Shown here piece by piece: positions 23,641-35,789 of a DNA stretch of 64,000 bases (the stretch's first letter is position 1; each line of letters starts with the position of its first letter). The notes beneath the pieces are model-generated. The model did no database searches, had not been told where the DNA came from, and was given only the letters and a program-made list of their open reading frames with translations. The DNA is from Octopus sinensis (Eukaryota). The position numbers and the translations under genes were made by a program. The DNA lies in the NCBI RefSeq assembly GCF_006345805.1, contig NC_042999.1, forward strand, positions 84,692,001-84,756,000. Direction: 5' to 3'.

Positions 23641-26600
23641 TAAACGTATAAAATGGACCAGAGAGGACTATAGAGATGTGTTGAAAGCTTCTTATACAGC
23701 CCAACTAAACCCAAACAATAACCTCAGTGTACAAACATACATCTCGTGGGGAAATTCAGTAGGCAATGACGTACGTAGATATATAGACGCAAATAAATTA
23801 AGTAATGTACGCAGAGATATAATTAAAAACAAAAGTCTAACTGACGCTGAAATTGACAAAATTAGGACACTAATAGCTCATGGTAGACCAAAAGAAAACA
23901 GCAACAATGTAGACGAAATAGGTGACAGTAGCATAGAAGCCAGTGTACAAGCGGCAAATCAACTTCCCGATGGGGAAGTTAAACAAAGAATAGCGAAGAC
24001 GAGAGATTTGAAAAAAGAGGAGAACGTAGACCTTCCTCAAGAAAACCAAAATAGATATGACATAGAATTTGAGGTGAATAATAGAGAAAAGTTTATGGAA
24101 GCAAAAGTGGACATTATGAGAGAACTCGGCAAGATTGAGCTCACTGACATGGTTAATAGAGAACCGCTACCAAAGTTTTCAAATGGCACAAGAAATAACA
24201 ACACAATCATGACATATAACGTTGCCCTAGGACAGATCTTAAGAAATAAGGGGAATGATTTGACAACCTTAAATAATCTCATTTATTCCACTGCTAAAGT
24301 AGTAACTACCCAACTAGGTATTAAGATGACAAAGAAAAAGGCCAGGCATGTCAATGAACCTCCTAAGTGGAAAGTAGCGATACAAAAAGATTGAATCTCT
24401 GCGGGCGGATGTTTCAATTCTCGATGAGCTTGCTAGAGGAGTGAATATTAAGCCGAGAAAAGCTAGAAAAATCAAGCAAAAATATAAAATCAAAGATCTC
24501 ATAAACCTCCCTGCAACTAAGGAACTGTTGAAACAACGGATACAGTTGAAAGCTCAACGGCTTAGAAGGTATGACAAAAGAAACAAATTTTATCGACAAA
24601 ATAAATTTTTTAAGACAGATGCAAAGAAATTTTATAGGGAAATTGGCAAAAATAAAATACACATAGAAGATCCACCTAATATTGAGGAAGTGGAGGAGTT
24701 CTGGAAGAAGGTATGGAGCAACGAAAAAGAGTTTAATGCTGAGGCTGACTGGATAGAACGTGAGAAAGAGAGACTGGATGAACTTGAAGAACAGAAATGG
24801 GAAGCAATAGGAATAGAGGAGCTAAGGTGTGTCCTTAGGAAGGCTCATAAATGGAAGACCCCAGGACTGGATCGGATCCCTAACTTCTGGCTGAATTGTT
24901 TGACAGAGGTACACGAACATCTCGCTGCATCTCTGTCTGATGTCATTCAGAACCAAGAGCAAATACCTGCTTGGCTGACTGAAGGAACCACCTACCTATT
25001 ACCTAAAACCGAAGACACAAAAAACCCAAAGAATTACCGGCCAATAACATGTCTCAACACCACCTACAAAATCCTCACATCCATAATAACGGTGAGAATG
25101 TACGCTTTCCTTGAACAAAATTCTATCCTTCCACAAGCTCAAAAAGGTTGTAAAAGAAACTCTTATGGGCGCAAAGACTAATTGCTCATAAACAGAATGA
25201 TTGTAGAGAATTGCCGGAGCAAAAACAAAAACCTGAGTATGGCATGGATAGACTACAGGAAAGCGTATGACAGTGTCCCACATAAATGGATACTCATGGC
25301 CCTTGAGATATACAAGATCTCTCCTGTCGTCTCAAAATTCTTAGAGAATAGCATGACCATGTGGAACACACGTCTCTTTCTAAGCCATAGTAATGGGATG
25401 AGCCAGTCCAACAGCATCAACATCAAACGAGGCATCTTTCAAGGTGACTCCCTCTCTCCATTACTTTTTTGCATGGCACTGATCCCACTCTCAAACGAAT
25501 TGGATAGTACCAGATATGGGTACAAAGTTTTTAGTAAGTTAATAAACCACCTTTTCTATATGGACGACCTAAAGCTGTTTGCCAGGAATGACCAAGAGCT
25601 AGAAGGGCTGCTAACAACTGTTAAAGAGTTTAGCAATGATATCGGAATGGATTTTGGCCTTGATAAGTGTGCTAAAGCAACTTTTGTAAGAGGCAAGCTC
25701 AGGCAAACAGCTTCTGTTAAATTAGATATTGACACTACCATCAAGGAACTTGACCCACACAGGAAAGTTACAAATACCTAGGAATCAACGAAGGAGATGG
25801 TATACATCATGCTACTATGAAGGAAAAAATAAGAAAGGAATACTATAGGAGAATAAGGCTTGTACTGAAGACTGAACTCAACTCCAAAAATTGCATTGAG
25901 GCCATTAACACCCTGGCACTTCCAGTAGTCCAGTACAGTTTTAACATCATTAACTGGAACCTTACGGAACTCCAACGCTTGGACAGGAAGACAAGAAAGT
26001 TACTGACATCCAAGAGCATGCACCACCCTAAGGCAGATGTAGACCGCTTGTACCTACCTAGAAGCAGCGGGGGGAGAGGAATGATGCAATTAGAGCTGTG
26101 CTATAAGACCTCTACTGTAGGGATGAACAGGTACCTATCTAGTACAAAGGACTGGATGCTGCGACTTGTGTGCGAACACGAAAGCAGCAAAAAGCTACAT
26201 TCTATTGTCAAGGAAGCTTATAAGTTCGAAAGGGAACTAGACATTAACCTTGAATCAGATGAAGAGCCGGAAACCACTGCTACCAAGCAAGCAAAGCGAA
26301 TCAAGCAGACTGCAAAAAAGAACGGGCAGAATCAAATTGAGAGGCGGTGGAGCCAGAAGTCCCTGCATGGACAATATATTCTCCGAAGCCAAAATGCTGA
26401 TGTAGACCAAGCAACAACCCATCAGTGGCTGAAGAGCTCTGGATTGAAAGCAGAGACTGAAGGTTTCATAATGGCAGCACAAGATCAAAGCTTGTTTACC
26501 AGAAATTACCAGGCTAACGTTCTCCGAAACGGTACTGACCCTAAATGCAGATTCTGCGACACATTTGACGAAACGATAGACCATCTCGTTTCGGGATGTC

Positions 26601-27270
26601 CTGTGCTGACACCAAACGAATACAAAAATCGCCACGATAGGGTAGGACAGTATATATATTGGAAGATATGTAAACACTACAAATCCGACACTCCTGCTAA
26701 CTGGTATGGACACCATCCTCAGCCAGTTGTTGAAGGTAAAGATGTCACCATCCTCTGGGATTTTCCAATCAACACTGACAGAACGATCAAGGCTAATCGA
26801 CCAGACATAATTGTTAAAGACAGGGAAGAAAATACCTGCAGACTAATAGAAGTAAGCGTCCCCACTGATAAAAATGTATCTGTCAAGGAATTTGACAAAC
26901 TTAGTAAATATAAGGACCTGGAAATCGAAATACAGAGGATGTGGAATCTTAAAACAAAAACTGTTCCTGTTATTGTAGGTGCCCTAGGTATGATAAAAAA
27001 GGGATGTCAGAAACACCTAGACAATATCCCTGGAAAACCATGTCTCAAGGAAATCCAAAAGATTGTGCTAACGAGTACTGCCCACATCCTTAGAAAAACC
27101 CTATCAATGTAAATGTTTGTGTTTGCATTACATGGAGATATATCTCTACTTCCCCTCCCCAAGCTTTCAGCTACACTTCAACAACTCTTAACCTTCACTT
27201 GCCCTAGGGCGCTGGGTGTACCCCGGCAGGTGATTGCATCAAACATGCAGTTTAAAAGTAAATGACAATG
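23641..27270 (+). mobile_element. Near-complete R4/Dong-clade non-LTR retrotransposon (RT + CCHC + restriction-like endonuclease) ending in (AAT)n
   Basis: Single ancestral ORF recoverable across four ORF-track pieces; ~160-nt 3' UTR then (AAT)n from ~27270. Confidence 0.95.
23642..27112 (+). pseudogene. R4/Dong ORF with three lesions (frameshift ~24388, nonsense TAA 25179-25181, frameshift ~25760)
   Basis: KRIKWTRED N-terminus; NYRPITCLNTTYKILT, AWIDYRKAYDSVPH, RGIFQGDSLSPLLF, FYMDDLKLF, FGLDKC; CRFCDTFDETIDHLVSGC, RHDRV, RPDIIVKD...IEVSVP, HILRKTLSM*. Confidence 0.93.
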
Positions 27271-27345
<75 letters not shown>

Positions 27346-27346
<1 letters not shown>

Positions 27347-27483
27347 GGATGCACACATCCTACGCAGAACACTTTCCATACAATAACCATCAGAGCATCA
27401 CAACAAATCACAGCACATACCCAAGGCACACAGAGCTGCGCTCGGTAGTGAAGTGAAAGCACGCTATAAAAATAAAACTACTG
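27346..27483 (+). mobile_element. Extreme 3' tip of another R4/Dong family inside the same AAT array
   Basis: gcacacatcctacgcagaacactttccatacaataa = AHILRRTLSIQ*; short UTR then (AAT)n. Confidence 0.8.
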
Positions 27484-27493
27484 AATAATAATA

Positions 27494-27547
<54 letters not shown>

Positions 27548-27695
27548 TAATAATAATAATAATATAATAATAATAATAATGAAGAAGAAGAAGAAGAAGA
27601 AGAAGAAGAAGAAGAAGAAGAAGAAGAGAAGAAGAAGAAGAAGAAGAAGAAGAAGAAGAAGAAGAAGAAGAAGAAGAAGAAGAAGAAGAATGATG
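27484..27695. repeat. (AAT)n/(GAA)n compound microsatellite
   Basis: Direct reading; source of the poly-K/R/L/F ORFs. Confidence 0.95.
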
Positions 27696-27704
27696 ATATT
27701 AATT

Positions 27705-27842
27705 TTTGCACATGGCCAGCAATTTCGTAGATGGGCTATGTCGATTGTATCGACCCCAGTACTCAACTGGCACTTATTTTATCGATCCCGAAAGAATGAA
27801 AGGCAAAGTCGACCTCGGAGTTCAAATTCTGCCGAGGTCGAC
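27705..27842 (-). mobile_element. tRNA-SINE (CORE-like central domain) 3' fragment with fold-back 5' junction
   Basis: Reverse complement of gtcgactttgcctttcat..ttcggg.tcgataaa (cf. 59718-59947); hairpin at 27808-27842. Confidence 0.8.
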
Positions 27843-29054
27843 ATGGGTATGAAGGACACTTCATACTTTCGGGAGCGACGAAATATGTACCAGTCAAATC
27901 CTAGGGTCGACATAATCGGCTACACCACTCTTCTAAATTTAAGGCTTTGTACCCATAGTAGAACGGATTATTATTATAATCAGCAACGTATCAGCAGCTG
28001 TCTCTTGCTCCGTTAGATTAAAAGCAAATCTAGCAAGTATCTATAACTAAAACATGTTTTCTTCTTAGACACAGCATTTCTAGTTCTTTAGTACTTAATG
28101 TAGTAAATATGTTATCAGTCACTTATGAACCATCTATAAATACGCTTCTCTGTGTATATTTGCTTTCTTTCAAGAGAGGAGAGTATGAAATCCGGATAGT
28201 TTTATCGATTGACGGGCTAAAATTGCCTTAGAAAACATTTCGTTGATGTGTTATTTTACATTTAGAATGTTCGTTGAAATACTAACTCAGTCAGCTGTGA
28301 CGTTCATCAACAGAAAGTAGACAGAAAATAGAAGCGCAGTGTCGTGAAGTACATTTTCTCACCTTGATACGTTAGTCTCTGAGTTTATTCAGAATAAGTA
28401 ACTTATTTGCATATATGTAGATGTGATATGTAGTATAACTGATAATTAGTTTGTTATATCAAATGCGCTTTTTTTTAACGAATTTCATGGCTGAATAAAA
28501 ACAAAAAGAATAAATCGACCATGACAGTGTTTGAACTCTGAATGGCAGTGAAAGAATCAATATGCTGCTTACATACAAGTTCACGAAGGTGCAGAATGGG
28601 GAAATTGTTATAATGAAGCTTTAGTATTCCCAAAGAACATTCACCCGGGAATATACAAAGCAGTAGAGCACCAGACTAAATGTACTACTTTTAAACAAGT
28701 ATCAAGAGTGAAAACTGAATTTAATCTCCAGATACAAAGAATAAGAAGAAAATAATCTATTGACGAAAGTATTAGAAATTTGAGTCGGCACTCAAGTTAG
28801 TAAGATTGGCTATTCTGTATGACGTTTAAAGAAGCGATTGCAGAGGTTCCTGGGAAACGTCTGCATCCTCTTATTCCCAGACACGTGCACGTTATTTTAA
28901 TTCATTATATTCAGTATAAAGTGGAGGGGGAGATGCCAAGATAATTTTGATTTACAAGACAGAAAACAATATTTGATCAAGTTTCAAATTAGAATTTCAA
29001 AGTAAAACCAAAACCCCTATGCAGAAGAAACATAGTCCTACTTTCTACTATGAG

Positions 29055-29205
29055 CACAAGGCCTGAAATTTAGCGGGAGGAAGTAGTCGAATTAAACCCA
29101 GTATTCGATTGGTGGTTATTTTATCAACCTTGGTGGAATTTGAACGGACGAAATGCCGCTAAGCATTTTCTTCGGCGGACTAACGATCTCTAGCTGTTCA
29201 CCGCA
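29055..29205 (-). mobile_element. Decayed copy of the same tRNA-SINE with internal deletion
   Basis: aggcctgaaattt...gtcga..., ttattttatcaacc, ggtggaatttgaac, gacgaaatgccgctaagcatt match the 59718-59947 copy in reverse. Confidence 0.65.
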
Positions 29206-29450
29206 CTATGAAGAAACATAATACGAGCCGTTGAGTCTGATGCCCTACTGTTCAGACGGAGACATTTTCTAAACATGCAGATAATTGATAATTTCAGGTA
29301 AGGCATCACACCGTGTATCTATTATGGAAATATAAACTTTTAATGTTCACGTATTAAAATGATTCGGCAGTAAAATACATTCCTTTGACACACAAACGAC
29401 TTAAATAAAATTATAGTACTTGGTCTGATCAATGAGTATCCAGACTGTTG

Positions 29451-29635
29451 ATAAATACCTTAGGAATGGGAACCCAGGTTCGAAATTTCCCCCAAGACAC
29501 CTGATGAAGGCTGGAGAGTATATCAGTCGAAACGTTGTGTTAACAACAAAGAAGATGAGGACAAATATCCGTCAAATGTAAATAATGTAAATAATTTAAG
29601 CAATGTACATAATTCGTCTCTTAAATATAGAACTT
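29451..29635 (+). mobile_element. Headless copy of the hammerhead-bearing SINE tail, nested in the mariner
   Basis: aaataccttaggaatgggaacccaggttcgaaatttccc...gtcaaatgtaaataatg is homologous to 11050-11200. Confidence 0.88.
29496..29541 (+). ncRNA. Minimal type I hammerhead ribozyme motif, best-preserved copy
   Basis: GACAC(29496-29500) CUGAUGA(29501-29507) A GGCUG GAGAGUAUAU CAGUC GAAA(29529-29532) C GU U GUGUU(29537-29541); stems I and II fully paired (WC or GU); stem III is the palindrome ACGU. Confidence 0.68.
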
Positions 29636-30829
29636 AAAACACTTTTGACACAAACTTGGCAGACACGCGTCTCATACCCAAATCCTCAGTGACAATGGAC
29701 TGTAACACTGACAACTGAACTGTAACAATGACAACTGAACTGTAACTAATCTGCTCATCCCCGGATAACTCACGGATGGTGATTCTACGATTTTTCCTCA
29801 CAGCTGCGCGCACATTTGCAATGTCTTTCTCAGATCTGCTGGTTGAGAGTCTCCTAGAAAGTTCGACAATATCAGCATTTTTTCGGCAAACTTGGAAACG
29901 TCTGAATCACTCGTACACTTATGTACGACTCATACAATTTTCTTCATACACTTTCTGCAACTTTGCGTAGGCATCTCAGCAGGTATCGCCATGACAACCT
30001 GCTCTCTCATGGTCAATGCGACGATCATACGCTACACACCGTCCTTTCAAGCACTGCTGTAAACAGAAGTGAGATATAATGTTAAAAATTAATGCGCATG
30101 CACAACAGAGTCCAAGGTCAATATGTGCCAAACGGCTTGACTCTAAGTGCTTTAGCTTCGTTACTATCGCAACAGTCCGGATACTTATTGATCAGACCTC
30201 TTAGAAACGTAGTTTCAACACATTAAAAATAATCATTTACAACCTGATTAATGTACAGAACATTGTACAGGGAAGGGTTAGGAAGTCTGTTTTATATTTT
30301 TACCTTTCTGTATCACATTAATGATGTAAATTTAAAATAAAACACATTGGAATAGATTATTGTAATAATTGAAACCGGATCTACACTTCTCATTGACAGC
30401 TAATATTTACTATATACTCGTACATATTGAAATAATAAGAAATACAGTCTTCTTACAGTAACCTCATTTCCATACACCGTTCTTTTTTCTGGAATCATTA
30501 ATAAATTTATCCATCTTATGAGATCAGGGCAAATGTGAGAGAATTCTAGTTATAATATGCCCTGAGGTTAGCATATTGAAATTATGTCCTTTTCGTCTCT
30601 TTTTGTCTTGGCTTTTCTTAAAAGTTTAGAATCGACTTTTCTCTTTTATGAAAATTACTAATTAATTTTTTCTTTCTTTCTATTGCTATATAATTGAAAA
30701 TTTTTCAAAGTCATAGTCTTTATTTAAATTACTTTGTATAAATTATTATCATTTTTGTTCCAGTTTAGTTTTGTTCATATATGTTCCTTAACTCTTACAA
30801 CTGGATTGATTTTGTTTGGTTTTTACTTT

Positions 30830-31200
30830 CTCCTTCTCTTTCTATGTTTTCCTTAACTTTAACATTTTCTTTTACTTCTTCTCAGTGTGTCGTTTCTATC
30901 TAATTTTATCCTCTCTTTATTTTCACTTTCTTTTCGTAATTTCTTTCCTTTTCTTCTTCTAATCCACTTCTTTTTCTCCTCCCTTCCATCTCCCGTTCCT
31001 TTCCCTTCAGTCCCCTCCAATCCCGCCTCTTCTCCTCTTCTTTCTCCTTCTCTGTTCTCTTCTTCAAACTTCTCATCTCCTTCCTCCACCCTTCTTTCTC
31101 CAGCTTCTCCTCTTCCTTCCTCTTTACCATTTATACTTTCCACTTCATCATCGCCGTTGTCCTCTTCAAATTCTTCTTCAGCATCTTTTCCTTTATAATA
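30830..31200. repeat. Polypyrimidine (CT-rich) low-complexity tract
   Basis: Strong strand asymmetry; gives S/P/F-rich and E/K/G-rich ORFs in several frames. Confidence 0.85.
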
Positions 31201-31675
31201 TAGCACATTTCCAGTTATAATGAAAGAGATTTGCCTTCATAATCCAGAAAATAAATTCAAGAAACATAAAAACACAAAGTTAATTCGAGTTTAATTACAA
31301 TTTATTTTATTTCATAGGTGTTATTCCATTTCCTATTTTTTTAATTTTTATTAATTATCGTGTCTATTTCCAGTAATCTTTATCATCATTATTGTTAACA
31401 CTAGCGTCAACACTATTGGCATCATAAACACCATCATCATCCTCAATATCATTGGCAACAGTATTGCCACTAGCATGATGGTGTGAGAGAAGTGGTAGAG
31501 TTGCCAACTAAATGCCTTATAACGTTTGGTTCTAAGATTAAAATACTCCAGGACTAATTTTTACTAGACTTAACGGGCTGTTGTTGCACGAAATAAATAT
31601 AAAATATGTAGATATATGAATAAAGCTTTCTGACTTCTTGCTGCCTTTAATGATAATAATACTTTTTATTAAATG

Positions 31676-31790
31676 CACAAGGCCTGAAATTTGGGGGAAG
31701 GGGACTAGTCGATTACATCGATCCTAGTACTCGACTAGTACTGAACTTATCGACCCCGAAAGGATAAAATGCAATGCCAACCTCGGTGGA
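31676..31790 (-). mobile_element. tRNA-SINE (CORE-like) 3' fragment
   Basis: gcacaaggcctgaaatttggggg...gtcgattacatcga...atcgaccccgaaaggataaaatgcaatgccaacctcgg. Confidence 0.75.
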
Positions 31791-32160
31791 GTTGTCATAT
31801 TGAATAAGAGACAAATACTGTCAGATCAGTGATGTAGCAATACAAAATGACATGAATGTTGTGAGTAAAGAGGTTGAAAAAAATCACCAATTTCTCCGAA
31901 TCGAAAGTATAAATGGAAAGACTGTATGGAATGCGAGAGGGTAATGTAAAAGGGATACCAGTTGTGATCGAACTGTTGGTCTCAATCCCACTGAAACTTC
32001 AAAACTTCTTAAAACAACTGGAATTCCCATGCAAGGTTGACGTCTTGCAAAAAGCAGCCTTATTGGGCACAGCGCACATCTTAAGGAAAGTATTATCTGT
32101 CAGAGGTCTTTGTTGTGACTTAACAGATGGTGCATTTTTATCTACACTGTGTTACGAAGG
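31790..32160 (+). mobile_element. R4/Dong-clade LINE 3' fragment ending in (AAT)n
   Basis: IPVVIELLVSIP...VDVLQKAALLGTAHILRKVLS; (AAT)n at 32161-32251. Confidence 0.85.
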
Positions 32161-32178
32161 AATAATAATAATAATAAC

Positions 32179-32253
<75 letters not shown>

Positions 32254-32539
32254 GAACATATTCTGGTCATTGTTGTGTACATCACAGGAGAAATCTCATT
32301 TTTGCGGCTATAGTTTTTCCAATAGACACGGTTCATTGCCATCCGGGATTCTGGGGCACCGATGTAACACCATGTGTCTTGTCAGTCAAAAGCAACAGGA
32401 TCATTGAGCCTAAACCAAGCCACTAACTTTGATTATACTCTCGGCCAAGTAATAAAGGGTAAAGGGCAAAGACTCCCTTCTGTCAAGAATGACCATTGGA
32501 TTGCACCTACAAAGTTTCCCTCCGTGGTGCAAGTCCGGG

Positions 32540-32716
32540 TAAGGTTTTTAGGGAAGACCAGCAGTCGCCCATGCATACCAGCCTCCTATCTCCGCGCCAC
32601 CGATATTATCCAAAGGAAAGACAAAGGCCGATACAACTTAGCACCAATTACATCTCTAAAGCTGGGTGAACTGGAGTAACGTGAAATAAAGTGTCTTGCT
32701 CAAGAGCACAACATGC
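32540..32716 (-). mobile_element. Decayed SINE fragment
   Basis: ctgggtgaactggagtaacgtgaaataaagtgtcttgctcaagagcacaac is a SINE-type body; a related piece (gttgtgttcttgag) lies at ~43665. Confidence 0.5.
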
Positions 32717-34799
32717 AGCCAAGTAATATGTTATTATATATTCTTAGATATAAGGAATGGTCACATCTGGAATGCTTTTCATATTATGTTTGTCCTATCA
32801 GATCCGTTTTGATACTAAACATCAACATCAGCATCGGACTTGCTTATCCGGCGTATCTTTATTCAAACCGACTGCTTGATTTGATGAGGATTCATCTGAA
32901 ATTTCTTGCAGCACAAAAAAAAACGGCGGAATAGCTCCCTCATTGACTTTTATGCAGAGATGTATTTGAAACAATATCAGCAGAAGGAATCTATACACAG
33001 ATTAACAAGAATTTATTACTCTTGTGCCATTCTTTTTACCATCCAGAATTGCCATAATTTTTATTGACTGTACACGTTATTAATAAATGAATGAGAGTTG
33101 ACACATTTAACCTGGTGGACATAGAATACCTAACAATATATAAATAAACGGAGATTCGTAAACTAGATTAATCAATAACTAAAACATATAACCAAAATAT
33201 ATTCCTTTTTCTTTCAAGTAAGGAAGATATATTTTATTCGTACCGTTCAAGGATTCATCTTGTCAAGTTATAGGGATGCATTCATTACTAAGAAAATGTA
33301 CAAATCTGTACGTTTATTTGTAGGAGAAAAAATAATTGCCGAGAATTTATTAATTCAGTAGTAATAAATCTTGGTGGTTGGCGAGAAATGTTTTGATGAC
33401 TAATTTCATCATTAGCCTCTTTATTGATGATTAGCGTTTTTGTATGTGGAAGCATTTTTAATAATTTTGTGACAGTTAATGTATACACTTCAGAATAGCT
33501 ATATATTACTGATACTCTACATAATCCTTACACCTGAGATTCGATTTCAAAGTCAACCACAAAGACTGCTGAATATTATTAAGGAACATTAACGAATATT
33601 ATATATGAACATAGATGAAAAAAATTATTTAGTATACGGCATTTATTTCATCGCTTTAATAATTTTTTATTTACCAACTCTATTATTTTGCTGAAAAATA
33701 AACGAAATTTTTTGTACAATGCAAGAATCTAAATTATTTCTCTTTCTTTCCGTTTCCCCTGTCACTACCCCTTATTGCTACTTGTTAGTTTTATTCTTGT
33801 TCTATGGTTGTCACTAAAATAGTGTAAAGAGGATATTTTGGTGGCTTTGAGTAAGCAGTAAGCATCTAGTGAGCCGCAAGTCAGAAAGGTCTCGTTACTT
33901 TATACAAACACACTTTGCATCTTCCTCGAAACTTTGTATAATAAGACAATAGAAGTGCGCATACTTTCTTTTCTTAATTTGAAGAGCAAATCTTTCTAAT
34001 ATCGATAGACTAATGACCAGTAATATATTAGGTCAATTCAATAGGTTATAGCCTACCCTTTAAAGGCAATTTACTTGTTCCTAAATAAGAAACTAATATT
34101 GCAAGATGTTGTCAAACGTCCAGTCAAATTTTTTTTAATTATTCTAGTTGAAGAAATTGTAGAAGAATATAACAAGAATATATTATAAAACAACTCTCTT
34201 ATTTTTACATTTCTTTCTTCCCTTTGATAAACTTATTGGCCTTTACTGTTTTTCTTGTACATAATTTGTGTGAATTTTGCTTTATTTTTATCGTTTCTTT
34301 TTGTTTCTATTTTATTAGCCTTTTGATTTTTATGTAGTAAAGAATCTCAAAATAAAAATGTGTGTAGTAGCTTTTTTTATTCTTTCTTTTTTATGTATTG
34401 TTTCTTCTATCCATTCTTTTATTTAATGATCTTAGAGAAACATTGATTTATGTATTTATTCAAAGACAACGTCTATTTTGATCCAAAACGCGTCTACGTT
34501 TGGTTAACCTTACCAAACAAATGGCCAACTATATTAAAAGTCTTTTCAGCCAAAAGAAAACAAAACGTAAAATAAGTTTTGGTTAAAACACAATGTCTTG
34601 TCTTATTCTCTCTTGTATGTTTTTATTTTTTTTTATTTTCTCACCCTATAGCGATGAATAACACTAAAGTTACAACGAAAGTGATTCAAAATGAATAAAA
34701 ATAGCCCATATACTTCAACTTTGAAATACATTCTTGTTTTAAAAAAAGAAGACTCCGAGAACTATAAAATATTCAGAGACCTAGCCTTGCGTCAGTTTC

Positions 34800-35341
<542 letters not shown>

Positions 35342-35564
35342 TTAGTAGGAGAACTTCGGATTTATAAACTGGACAGGTAGCTTACTAATTTTACAGCCAG
35401 GGTTGATTACAATGGCGTTCACTGGACAATTTAGTTAGCAAAGTTTGAAACCTAAGGAGTGCTTATAAAGTACTTGCTCGCGTTTTTACTCCCATCTTCC
35501 CTTTTTATGCGTATATATATGATGGATTCTCTCGTTCTTAATGGCAAATGAAAATAAGCAGTAA

Positions 35565-35789
35565 TCATGTTTTGTAGACGCGCATATGTCTCTTGAGGCT
35601 TGCTGGTGCCTTGCAAACCTTTTTGCAAATGGAACAATTTGAGGACTCAGTTTGCTCGATGGTTTGTGAATCATTTACTACATGTTTTCTTGAGTGGGCG
35701 GTAAGGCTATCTATCCTCAGTGCCACAAACCTACAGTGGCTGTGTTGTCGCTGCTTTGCATTTGGAAGAATATTACAGAAAATTCCGAT
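35565..35789 (-). pseudogene. Two C2H2-like zinc fingers without a start codon; probably the C-terminal tip of an RTE-clade LINE ORF, alternatively a ZNF gene fragment
   Basis: Stop-free minus frame: ...QHSHCRFVALRIDSLTAHSRKHVVNDSQTIEQTESSNCSICKKVCKAPASLKRHMRVYKT*. Finger 1 lacks its first Cys; finger 2 has Y for the last His. Confidence 0.6.

Larger units (their letters stand above)
29419..30201 (-). mobile_element. Internally deleted mariner with both TIRs (different family from 8816-10072)
   Basis: TIR ggtctgatcaat(g/a)agtatcc(a/g)gactgttg at 29422-29450 and in reverse at 30170-30198; TA at 29417-29418 and 30202-30203. Minus frames: YAKLQKVYEENCMSRT, RKNRRITIRELS, VQSIVTEDLGMRRVSAKFV. Confidence 0.88.

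Noticed and set aside
30859-31206. Acidic E/G/K-rich 115-aa ORF
   Set aside because: Open on both strands because of the purine/pyrimidine low-complexity tract; no splice signals.
32790-32940. Slightly GC-richer segment with short acidic reading EISDESSS on minus
   Set aside because: Stops in all useful frames; no matching donor; no transposase motif.
35578-35645. Importin-alpha/ARM-like peptide SLEACWCLANL on plus
   Set aside because: Ends in a stop after ~20 codons and overlaps the more convincing antisense C2H2 pattern.
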